From Bacteroidia bacterium (lineage in GTDB: Bacteria; Bacteroidota; Bacteroidia; Bacteroidales; VadinHA17): a stretch of 59,724 nt of DNA. The notes beneath the pieces were generated by a model, which saw nothing but the letters and a program-made list of their open reading frames with translations, ran no database searches and was not told the origin of the DNA. The position numbers and the translations under genes are program-made. Shown one piece after another: positions 17,979 to 26,019 of this stretch. The stretch lies in assembly GCA_026391515.1 (NCBI GenBank), contig JAPLEC010000457.1, positions 1-59,724 on the forward strand, read 5' to 3'. Every line of letters starts with the position of its first letter. The first letter of the stretch is position 1.

Positions 17979-19454
17979 TTAATATGATCGTGCAAAAAGA
18001 ACTCTTCTTTTTGAAGGTTTGCCCGAATAAATGCATTTACCATCTTCTTCAGGAGAGTCAAATGGGATACATCTTATGGTAGCCTTGGTCTCCTCCTTGA
18101 TCTTTTCTTCAGTTTCGGGAGATCCGTCCCAGTGAGCCATAATAAAACCTCCCTGATTATCGAGAATATTCACAAAATCTTCCCATTTGTCGACATATAG
18201 GGTATTCTCTTTTTTAAATTCTAAAGCTTTTCTGAAGATATTCCCCTGAATTTCATCAAGGATATGTGAAATTTGACTGATTGCTGTGTCCACTGTAACA
18301 GTCTCTTTTTTAAGTGTATCCCTTCTGGCAATCTCTACTGTCCCGTTTTGGATATCGCGAGGTCCGATTGCAATACGGACAGGAACGCCCTTGAGTTCAT
18401 AATCAGCAAATTTCCAGCCGGGAGTGTTATTATCACGATCATCAAATTTCACTGTGATTGACTTTGCTTCAAGCTTTTTCCTGATTTTTAGTGCAACTTC
18501 AGAAATTTGTTCCAGTTGAACTGAATTCTTAAAGATAGGTATTATGACCACCTGGATTGGAGCCAGACGGGGAGGCAGAACCAGCCCGTGGTTATCGGAA
18601 TGTGCCATAATAAGGGCTCCAATCGTTCTTGTAGATAAACCCCAGGAGGTTGCCCAGACATAATCAAGTTTACCGGTTTTATCGGTAAACTGTACATCAA
18701 AAGCTTTAGCAAAATTCTGCCCAAGGAAATGACTCGTCCCGGCCTGGAGAGCTTTCCCATCCTGCATGATGGCTTCGATTGCATAAGTATCAATAGCACC
18801 TGCAAAACGTTCATTTTCAGATTTATATCCTTTAATTACAGGAAGTGCCATAAAGTTTTCTGCAAACTCTGCATAAATATTGATCATCCTTACAGTCTCT
18901 TCAATAGCTTCTTCCCTGGTGGCATGGGCGGTATGTCCTTCCTGCCAGAGAAACTCGGCAGTCCTGATAAAAAGTCTTGTCCTCATTTCCCACCTGACTA
19001 CATTACCCCACTGGTTTATCAGAATCGGAAGGTCTCTGTAAGAATGGATCCAATTCTTATATGAATTCCAGATTATTGTCTCAGACGTAGGCCGGATAAT
19101 CAATTCCTCTTCAAGCTTCGATGTCGGATCTACTATTACGCCCTTCCCGTTTTCATCTTTTTTAAGACGGTAATGAGTGACAATTGCACACTCTTTTGCA
19201 AAACCTTCAACATGCTTTGCTTCCTTACTGAAAAATGATTTTGGTATGAACAGCGGGAAATAAGCATTGACATGACCGGTTGCTTTAAACATCCTGTCCA
19301 GTTCAGCCTGAATCTTTTCCCATATTGCAAACCCGTAAGGTTTGATGACCATGCAACCTCTGACAGCTGAGTTTTCAGCCAGATCTGCCTTGATTACCAG
19401 ATCGTTATACCATTGTGCATAATTCTCTTCCCTGTTAGTTAAAAACTTCGCCAT
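17979..19454 (-). CDS. proS: proline--tRNA ligase (archaeal/eukaryotic-type, 491 aa)
   Basis: Class II aaRS motifs ([29 protein letters not shown]) and the C-terminal ...VLFARSY typical of ProRS. Confidence 0.92.
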   Translation of the reverse strand: MAKFLTNREENYAQWYNDLVIKADLAENSAVRGCMVIKPYGFAIWEKIQAELDRMFKATGHVNAYFPLFIPKSFFSKEAKHVEGFAKECAIVTHYRLKKDENGKGVIVDPTSKLEEELIIRPTSETIIWNSYKNWIHSYRDLPILINQWGNVVRWEMRTRLFIRTAEFLWQEGHTAHATREEAIEETVRMINIYAEFAENFMALPVIKGYKSENERFAGAIDTYAIEAIMQDGKALQAGTSHFLGQNFAKAFDVQFTDKTGKLDYVWATSWGLSTRTIGALIMAHSDNHGLVLPPRLAPIQVVIIPIFKNSVQLEQISEVALKIRKKLEAKSITVKFDDRDNNTPGWKFADYELKGVPVRIAIGPRDIQNGTVEIARRDTLKKETVTVDTAISQISHILDEIQGNIFRKALEFKKENTLYVDKWEDFVNILDNQGGFIMAHWDGSPETEEKIKEETKATIRCIPFDSPEEDGKCIYSGKPSKRRVLFARSY

Positions 19455-19554
19455 ATTTTTTGGTACGCTATTTGATTTATATATTATGAATAAAAAAGAT
19501 AGCGTAAAAATAGATAAAAACTTTAGTTATCATTAAAAAAACAGGAGGTTCATC

Positions 19555-20799
19555 ATGAAAGCAAAATTTTACATCGGATTTTTATCAGCACTTCTTCTGG
19601 CATGTATGCCTGCAAAAGCACAGTATGCTGATAATACAGACTACAATAATGATGGAGCCGGAACAGTAATAAATAATTATTACATGGATGATTATGATTA
19701 CTATTACTCATCACGCATCAACAGATTTCACAGGTCATATGCAGCTTTCGACTATTATTCTCCTGTGTTTACGGACTCGTACTGGTATAGTTACAGACCA
19801 TTTTCCTGGGGAGTAAGTATTTATGGAAGAAGCGGATTCGGTTTCGGCTTTTCTTTCAATTACCCGGTTTATTATTATGATTACGGTTATAATAACTGGT
19901 ACGGTTACAATTACGGGATGTACGATCCTTACTATGGAAGCTCATGGTGCTGGGGTTACGATCCATTTTATTACAGCTGGTACTCCCCGTTTGTGATCAA
20001 TATAAATATAGGCCACAGATGGAGAGATAATTACTGGAGCGGGTACGGACATAACAACTGGTACAATGACTACAGACCGGAATACTATGCACATAATGAC
20101 TATTACAACAATTATCATGGAATCAGGAACTCATTCAGAGAATTTCCCGGCCATGGCAGATCTCAGGACTTTAACAGACCAAATCCCGATAATGGAATAA
20201 GACGTGGAGCCCCTGGTGCCAGACCAGATATGAACAAGAATAATGGTGGAGCAAATCCTGGTGCCGGTTCTAATAACGGTACACCAAGAAGAAATCCTAA
20301 CCAGGATCAGAACGGGGGACAAGGTTTCCCGAATAACGGAGGATCTCCAAATCAGGGTAATAACGGTAATAACGGTAACAATAGCAATAACGGGAATAAC
20401 CAGAATAGCCGCACATACGGAAACAATGGGAATTTTGGCCATAACGGCAGCAATGCAGGTAATAATGGTAATAACAACAACAGCCGACCTGGCGGAAATA
20501 ATGGAAATTTCGGTAATAACCCAGGCGAAAGAAAAGGTAGTGCAGTAAGCAGATCGCAAGGTACAGCAACTGCTTCTTCAAGATCCCAGGTAAATGCTGG
20601 TTCACCTTCAGGCAGGACCTACAGCGCGCCGGCTAGAAGCTCATCATCTCAAAGATCAGAAGCTACGATGTCAGGAAGCAGGAGTTCACACTCTGCTCCG
20701 GCAGCAAGATCCTCCTCTTCAGGTTCAAGGTCAAAACCTGCATCGACATCAAAATCGTCTTCTGGTTCAACCTCACGATCAAAAAGCAGAAGCAGGTAA
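19555..20799 (+). CDS. secreted tripartite low-complexity protein (Tyr/aromatic-rich, Asn/Gly-rich, Ser/Arg-rich)
   Basis: 414 aa. Signal peptide MKAKFYIGFLSALLLACMPAKAQ. AGGAGG lies 6 nt upstream of the ATG. No recognisable enzymatic motif. Confidence 0.7.
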   Translation: MKAKFYIGFLSALLLACMPAKAQYADNTDYNNDGAGTVINNYYMDDYDYYYSSRINRFHRSYAAFDYYSPVFTDSYWYSYRPFSWGVSIYGRSGFGFGFSFNYPVYYYDYGYNNWYGYNYGMYDPYYGSSWCWGYDPFYYSWYSPFVININIGHRWRDNYWSGYGHNNWYNDYRPEYYAHNDYYNNYHGIRNSFREFPGHGRSQDFNRPNPDNGIRRGAPGARPDMNKNNGGANPGAGSNNGTPRRNPNQDQNGGQGFPNNGGSPNQGNNGNNGNNSNNGNNQNSRTYGNNGNFGHNGSNAGNNGNNNNSRPGGNNGNFGNNPGERKGSAVSRSQGTATASSRSQVNAGSPSGRTYSAPARSSSSQRSEATMSGSRSSHSAPAARSSSSGSRSKPASTSKSSSGSTSRSKSRSR

Positions 20800-20830
20800 A
20801 AACTTAAATGATAATTGATAAATTTCTATA

Positions 20831-20902
20831 GTTCGTTTACATCAAAATGTCAAGAGTTCGTTTACACTCTAATTTACAATTTGTTTCAATAGTTCGTTTA
20901 CA
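20831..20902 (+). repeat. left-end cluster of three GTTCGTTTACA subterminal repeats
   Basis: Exact 11-mers at 20831..20841, 20856..20866 and 20892..20902. Confidence 0.9.
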
Positions 20903-20948
20903 TATAGTTAAAAAGGTTCTTTGAAATTTTGGAACTTCGTCAATAAAA

Positions 20949-22099
20949 ATGAAAGACGAAGAGATACTCAGGCAACAGGCGATCGAATTACATCTAAAAG
21001 GCATGGCGATTGTTGATATTACTGATAGACTTGGCAAATCACGTCAATGGGTTCATAAATGGCTCAATAGATATAAATCTGGTGACGATAAGTGGTATCT
21101 ATCACTTTCCAATGCCCCCAAGAGGCCAATTAAGGCTGTATCAGAAGACATTGAAAACACGGTTGTATCCATCCGACAAAAGCTGAAAGACCAGAAGTAT
21201 GCTCAGAAAGGTGCTTTAAATATTCTTTATGAGTTTGAACGCTTAAACATAAAGCCTCCTTCATTATCAACTATTAATAGGATCATTCGACGTAATGGTC
21301 TTATTGACAGAGGAACAAAGCGAGAAGCAAAAAAAAAGAATATCCTGATTACTTCTCGAATGTACAACAGATGGATCTCATGGGTCCCAAATATCTTAAA
21401 GGTGGCTCCCGGTATTACATACTTAACATTATTGCTGTTGAGTCTCATTATGCCGGGGTTTATCCCATACCGGATAAGACTTCTGAAAGTGTAACATTGG
21501 CAGTATCTCAGTTTTGGGTAGACTTCTCAATGCCAGATTATTTACAATTGGACAATGAACTTTCTTTCAGGGGAAGTAACCGTCATCCCAGGAGCTTTGT
21601 TTCTTTAATACGCTTAGCTTTGTCTGAAAAGATAACACCTATCTTTATTCCTCCTGCCGAACCTTGGCGCAATGGGGTAATTGAAAAGTTCAATGATAAT
21701 GTTCAGAGGTATTTTTTAAATACACAGAACTTCTCTAACATCAAAGAGCTGCAGGATCGTGCTGTTGAGTTTATGTCCTTTCACAATCAGAACCATCGGT
21801 ATTCAACCTTGGGTGGGAAAACACCTGGTCAGATGGTCTCTGATTTGAACTGCTTCAGATTAAAAGCTCTGCCTGATCCAGAGGAAAAGATCCCGATGGA
21901 AGAGGGTGAAGTTGTTTTTATCAGATTTATTCGCAGCGATTGCAAAGTCAAAATCCTAGATGTACAGTTTGAAATTAAAAAAGAACTCATGTACAGCTAT
22001 GTAATCGCCAGAATAATCATACAAAAACATATCCTGCAGATAGAAAGAGATCATAATATCTACCATGTTTTTCCATTCCTGATGCCTGTTAATTACTAA
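20949..22099 (+). CDS. IS transposase (HTH plus rve DDE core), two frames joined by a -1 frameshift
   Basis: Frame A (20949..) encodes HTH regions. Frame B (open from 21308, ending 22099) carries the DDE residues in QMDLMGP, LQLDNELSF and PWRNGVIEKFN. The frames overlap at the A9 run. The predicted fusion is about 383 aa: ...REAKKK/EYPDYFSNVQQMDLMGPKYL... Confidence 0.8.
21332..21338 (+). promoter_or_regulatory. -1 ribosomal frameshift slippery heptamer A_AAA_AAG
   Basis: In the upstream frame the codons are AAA(21333) AAG(21336), preceded by A at 21332. A -1 slip makes GAA at 21338 the next codon, which is exactly the downstream DDE frame. Confidence 0.65.
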
Positions 22100-22106
22100 T
22101 CCAAAA

Positions 22107-22232
22107 TGTCAATGAACTTATGATATTTTGCTCGCCTTAGCGGCAGCGCCCCCTAGGGGGTTGTATCAAAACAATGTAAACGAACTCTTGACACAGTGTT
22201 TCATTAAAGAAGTGTAAACGAACTTATGATAT
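22107..22232 (-). repeat. right-end cluster of inverted subterminal repeats
   Basis: TGTAAACGAAC at 22175..22185 and 22213..22223. The 20-mer TGTAAACGAACTTATGATAT (22213..22232) recurs as TGTCAATGAACTTATGATAT (22107..22126) with 18 of 20 matches. Confidence 0.85.
22149..22160. terminator. perfect palindrome CCCCCTAGGGGG downstream of the transposase stop
   Basis: 12-nt GC hairpin in otherwise AT-rich DNA, 50 nt after the stop at 22099. Confidence 0.4.
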
Positions 22233-22258
22233 ATTACACAAATAAATTAAAAGGTTAG

Positions 22259-22266
22259 TACCTTTG
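22259..22266 (+). promoter_or_regulatory. -7 box TACCTTTG upstream of the FKBP gene
   Basis: Matches TAnnTTTG, 23 nt upstream of the ATG at 22289. Confidence 0.4.
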
Positions 22267-22288
22267 TAAAACCTAAAAAAACTGAGAG

Positions 22289-22777
22289 ATGAGCCGCATA
22301 AAAACATCATGGTTTCTGTTTATTATTCTGATGATCCTTACAACAGCCTGTCCAAAATCTACATGGGAAGAGCAGGAGCAAAGAATGATCAATGATTATA
22401 TCAAATCACTGGGAGACACTGCTTATGTGCTTTATCCAAGCGGACTTTATTATATTGAACTTGAGGAAGGAACTGGCCGTTCTCCTGTTGATAATGATAT
22501 CGCTTATTTTAAATATAAGGCTAAGTTTCTGGATTATGTTACATTTGATTCAAATGAGCCGGATTCAGTTCCTGTTAAATACCTTATGGGATCAGATACT
22601 ATTGTAAAAGGTGTTGATGAAGGATTGAGATATATGAAAGAAGGTGGGAAAGCAAAGCTGGTTACACCTTCCCGTCTTGCGTATGGATTTGAAGGAATCT
22701 GGCAGATAGTGCCAGGTTATACACCTCTTCTCTGGGTTATTGAACTCGACAGTGTAAAAGTCGGGCCAGGCAAATAG
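22289..22777 (+). CDS. FKBP-type peptidyl-prolyl cis-trans isomerase, lipoprotein-like
   Basis: 162 aa. Signal plus Cys (LTTAC). FKBP C-terminal core: Y.G.FLDYVTFDSN...VKGVDEGLRYMKEGGKAKL..PS.LAYG. Confidence 0.8.
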   Translation: MSRIKTSWFLFIILMILTTACPKSTWEEQEQRMINDYIKSLGDTAYVLYPSGLYYIELEEGTGRSPVDNDIAYFKYKAKFLDYVTFDSNEPDSVPVKYLMGSDTIVKGVDEGLRYMKEGGKAKLVTPSRLAYGFEGIWQIVPGYTPLLWVIELDSVKVGPGK

Positions 22778-22783
22778 CAGAGA

Positions 22784-23389
22784 ATGAAATTTTCTGAAAT
22801 AAAAAATCATCTTGCATTATTCAGGGTTGGTATTGCCGGCGCAGGCGGGCTTGGCTCAAACTGTGCTGTTGCATTAGCAAGATGCGGGGTTGGTACACTT
22901 GTTTTGTCTGATTTTGATGTTATAGAACCGGCAAACCTGAATCGTCAGTATTATTTTACAAACCAGGTCGGAATGTTCAAAACTACTGCACTTAAGGATA
23001 ATATTGCCAGGATAAATCCTGATATTACTGTAATTGCCCACACTGAAAAGCTTAACGAATCAAATATTTTTGAGATTTTTGAAGGTTGTGATGTTGTGGT
23101 TGAAGCATTTGACAAAGACGAAATGAAAGAGATGCTTATTGAAACTGTCCAGACTAAAATGCCGGGAACACCTGTTGTAGTTGGTTCAGGACTGGCAGGC
23201 TGGGGGAAAAGTAACAGAATCAGTTACAGGAAAATCGATGAAACTCTGTATGTTTGTGGCGATGAATCGACTGTTGCAGGGGATGAATTCCCTCCAATGG
23301 CTCCAAGAGTAGGAATGGTCGCAAATATGCAGGCAAACACTGTCGTCGAAATTCTAATGAAAAAAACAAAAGATTATTTTCAGACATGA
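22784..23389 (+). CDS. thiF: ThiF-family (short form) sulfur-carrier adenylyltransferase
   Basis: 201 aa. Nucleotide-binding loop GIAGAGGLGSNCAVALARCGVG and DFDVIEPANLNRQ. Confidence 0.75.
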   Translation: MKFSEIKNHLALFRVGIAGAGGLGSNCAVALARCGVGTLVLSDFDVIEPANLNRQYYFTNQVGMFKTTALKDNIARINPDITVIAHTEKLNESNIFEIFEGCDVVVEAFDKDEMKEMLIETVQTKMPGTPVVVGSGLAGWGKSNRISYRKIDETLYVCGDESTVAGDEFPPMAPRVGMVANMQANTVVEILMKKTKDYFQT

Positions 23390-23589
23390 AAATATTGTTG
23401 AACAACAGACTTGAAGAATTCAGTAAGGAACCGATAAGCATTAACGAAATGCTTGAACTGAAAAAATTCTCCTTTAAAATGAGAATCATCAAGTTAAATG
23501 GTGTTTTGATTCCCAAAGAAAAATACGATTCTACTTTTATTCACGAGGGCGATAATGTTAATATGCTTTATCTGATGAGCGGCGGTTGA
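23386..23589 (+). CDS. thiS: ThiS/MoaD-family sulfur carrier protein
   Basis: 67 aa ending in ...LMSGG. Overlaps the thiF stop by 4 nt. Confidence 0.7.
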   Translation: MKILLNNRLEEFSKEPISINEMLELKKFSFKMRIIKLNGVLIPKEKYDSTFIHEGDNVNMLYLMSGG

Positions 23590-23615
23590 AATAAAAAGTA
23601 TAAATTTGTACCATA

Positions 23616-23954
23616 ATGTTAAGGTTCAAATTTTTAGATAGGGTTCCTCACATTTTCAGGAATAAATATATTCTAACAATCCTTATCTTCCTTATCTGGA
23701 TTTTATTGCTCGATTCAAATAACCTGATAGCCAGATACAAAGAAATCCGTGAACTCCATAAGCTCAGAAACGAGAAGGAATATTATACAAAAAAAATAGA
23801 AGTTGATAAGAGCAAGCTTAAGGAGCTGAAAACTGACGATCAGAACCTTGAAAAATTTGCAAGGGAACAATATTACATGAAAAAACCTGACGAGGACCTG
23901 TATATTGTTCTGACTCCCCAGGAAGACCGGAAAATCACTCGAAAGAATAACTAA
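23616..23954 (+). CDS. FtsB/DivIC-like septum formation initiator
   Basis: 112 aa. One N-terminal TM helix followed by a coiled coil (IRELHKLRNEKEYYTKKIEVDKSKLKELK...EKFAREQYYMKKPDE). Confidence 0.6.
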   Translation: MLRFKFLDRVPHIFRNKYILTILIFLIWILLLDSNNLIARYKEIRELHKLRNEKEYYTKKIEVDKSKLKELKTDDQNLEKFAREQYYMKKPDEDLYIVLTPQEDRKITRKNN

Positions 23955-23963
23955 ATTATTTAA

Positions 23964-24023
23964 TTAACCACAAAGAGCCTTTTTGTGTTCCCGAGTACTC
24001 GGGATTGTGTCCTTTGTGGTTAA
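23964..24023. terminator. long hairpin/bidirectional terminator built from the CACAAAGG-CCCGAGTACTCGGG repeat family
   Basis: TTAACCACAAAG (23964..23975) pairs with CTTTGTGGTTAA (24012..24023). The inner palindrome is TCCCGAGTACTCGGGA. It lies between convergent genes. Confidence 0.6.
23989..24023 (-). repeat. 35-nt dispersed repeat, copy 2 (inverted)
   Basis: Its reverse complement is identical to 1740..1774. Confidence 0.9.
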
Positions 24024-24029
24024 GTTTTC

Positions 24030-25289
24030 TTAACCTTTTTCAAGAGATCTATAGAAAATTAATAATTTATTGGGATCATTTGAACTGAACTTATTCCCTG
24101 TTAATGACAACAACCGTGAGGCTGCATCTGCAACAGGCTGTTTCTCAAATATATCCGAATGAACATAATTGAGATATTTCACAATCCTGAACATATTAAA
24201 CCATCCGAAAAACCTTTTCGTAAAAGACTCTTTTGCAGATGAATTTTTATTCAATTCGGCTATTCTTGATAACCACTCTTTTTCATCAATAAAAGATTTC
24301 AGGCCGGCAGGCAATGCTTTGTAGAAATCCTGAATTCCCAGGATGCTGCTTCGAAATAATCTCTCAGCCATACTGAATAATTGTCTGAGCTCCATGAAAG
24401 CACCAATATCATATGTAAGGAGCAGATCACTGCTGTTATCCATCAACCTGGTTATTGAAGGGCCTGTTCCGAAAGGAACTCTGTATGATTCTCTTGGAGA
24501 CGGATGAACCACAGTCGTATTCAGAGAAAAATACCCATCTGTCCGGACCAGGTTCTGAATGAAGTAAAAATCTTCACCGGCCTGTCTCCTGTTCATTCCC
24601 CCGGCTTTGACGTATTGTCCGGCTTTAACCGCAATAGCAGAGCCAACCGTGTGAAAAGCATATGGGAAGCCTGAAAATTTCAGAGCCTGAAGATAATATC
24701 TTAAGTGTAACTCATACATTATGATGTACTTATAATTTTTTTCAGGGTATTCTTTACCTGAAAGAGGATGTTCAAAATATATTGAGCATGCTGTATGTTC
24801 CTTTTTTTTCAGCAGATTATTACATATCGAAGTAAAATAATTCTTCTCCACAATGCAGTCTGCATCAAGGCTGACAATAACTCCTTCGGATTTTTCAATT
24901 GAATTAAAACGTCGCAAAGCTTCATCCATTCCTGCTTTCCTGGCAAGTCCTACGCCCCATTTGTCAAAAGAAGGTTGTCCTGTATCAAAGACAAAAAGCC
25001 GGAAGAAACAATTTAGATTTTCTTTCTCCCAGCTTTCGATATTAATAATGCACTCATTGTTATGCCTGATACTTTCTTTATCAGCATCAGCCGGTGCATT
25101 AACAATTATAATGACTTCAACCAGGCAGTCAGGTTCCAAGCATTTGGCGAGGGAATCAAGAAGTACTGATATGGCAGGTTCATTAAAAGCAGGTACAACA
25201 ACTATTATACCTGTCTGGTTATCAGGCGTTTCTGAAAATAATTGCGGGAATAAGGCTCTTTTTTCAAGCCACTCAGTGGCAAAAGCCAT
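24030..25289 (-). CDS. family 2 glycosyltransferase
   Basis: 419 aa. GT-A signatures VVVPAFNEP, SLDADC and QAGEDFYF. Confidence 0.75.
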   Translation of the reverse strand: MAFATEWLEKRALFPQLFSETPDNQTGIIVVVPAFNEPAISVLLDSLAKCLEPDCLVEVIIIVNAPADADKESIRHNNECIINIESWEKENLNCFFRLFVFDTGQPSFDKWGVGLARKAGMDEALRRFNSIEKSEGVIVSLDADCIVEKNYFTSICNNLLKKKEHTACSIYFEHPLSGKEYPEKNYKYIIMYELHLRYYLQALKFSGFPYAFHTVGSAIAVKAGQYVKAGGMNRRQAGEDFYFIQNLVRTDGYFSLNTTVVHPSPRESYRVPFGTGPSITRLMDNSSDLLLTYDIGAFMELRQLFSMAERLFRSSILGIQDFYKALPAGLKSFIDEKEWLSRIAELNKNSSAKESFTKRFFGWFNMFRIVKYLNYVHSDIFEKQPVADAASRLLSLTGNKFSSNDPNKLLIFYRSLEKG

Positions 25290-25294
25290 TCTTG

Positions 25295-25891
25295 TTACTT
25301 TTTCTCTGCTTTGTATTTCTGATTCAGTGCATCAAGGACCTTATGGGTTATGTCAAGTCCGGAATCACCATAGAGCACAGGACTCCCGAAGCTCTTGCCA
25401 AAAATGAACTGGTAATTGTACTGGGATTTGTTCTCTTCGAGGTACGTTGTTATATAATCTACTATTTGTCTGTTCATTACCTGTTCTTCTTCGAGAAGGT
25501 TAGACTGAAGATCGTTGCTCAATTTTGCGAGTTCCTGCTGCTGCATGTCCAGAGCCTGCGCCATTTCTTCAGTCTGAGCTCTGGTAACCAAACCTTTATC
25601 AACTTTTGCCCGAGCATCCGCAGTATTTTTTTCCAGCTGGTTTTTCCTTGAAGTGTATTCAGCTTCAGCTTTCTTCTGCTTTTCCATCAGGTTTGCCATT
25701 CTGTCAAGGTACATATCAAATTTTAAGATCACCGTATCAATATTAACAAATGCTATTCCCTGGGCCGTGACTTCAGTCTGACTGGTTTCTTTGGCAGATT
25801 TTTTATCTTTTTCCCCTGTAAAATGCAGGAAGAAAAGGCATGCCACTGCAACAAACAGAACAGCAAAAAGTGCTATGGTAAGTTTCTTCAT
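25295..25891 (-). CDS. OmpH/Skp-family periplasmic chaperone-like protein
   Basis: 198 aa. Signal/TM, then a long Lys/Glu/Gln coiled-coil arm. The downstream GT2 gene starts 5 nt after its stop. Confidence 0.7.
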   Translation of the reverse strand: MKKLTIALFAVLFVAVACLFFLHFTGEKDKKSAKETSQTEVTAQGIAFVNIDTVILKFDMYLDRMANLMEKQKKAEAEYTSRKNQLEKNTADARAKVDKGLVTRAQTEEMAQALDMQQQELAKLSNDLQSNLLEEEQVMNRQIVDYITTYLEENKSQYNYQFIFGKSFGSPVLYGDSGLDITHKVLDALNQKYKAEKK

Positions 25892-26019
25892 TTCAGATCA
25901 AATATTTGTTAAACAATTGTCAGGCGCAAAGATAAAAAATAAAAAGACAAGACCGCAACCGGCTGGAAATTATTATAAAAGCTTGAATGTAAATTGATTC
26001 CGACAGGAACTGAGCAATC

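Larger units (their letters stand above)
20826..22232 (+). mobile_element. insertion sequence, rve (DDE) transposase, IS3/IS481 superfamily. Ends are approximate.
   Basis: One transposase gene. It is bounded by GTTCGTTTACA 11-mers in direct orientation at the left end (20831, 20856, 20892) and inverted at the right end (22213, 22175, plus a degenerate copy at 22107). The 19-mer TGTCAAGAGTTCGTTTACA (20848..20866) is perfectly inverted at 22175..22193. Confidence 0.8.

Noticed and set aside
20131-20818. Several overlapping ORFs in other frames and on the other strand across the Asn/Gly-rich and Ser/Arg-rich region (20131..20559, 20243..20548, 20297..20605, 20594..20818).
   Set aside because: They are artefacts of the repetitive GGTAATAAC-type DNA. 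Only the 19555..20799 frame has a signal peptide, a start-site context and continuity.
20949-22099. Calling the split transposase a pseudogene.
   Set aside because: The frame change coincides exactly with an in-phase A_AAA_AAG slippery heptamer and all DDE motifs are intact. Programmed frameshifting is therefore more likely, although a simple A-run indel cannot be excluded without other copies.
22784-23589. thiF-thiS as a bacterial ubiquitin-like conjugation or defence module.
   Set aside because: There are no E2-like, JAB/JAMM or effector genes next to the pair, and the neighbours are housekeeping genes. It is kept only as a low-interest orphan-pair observation.
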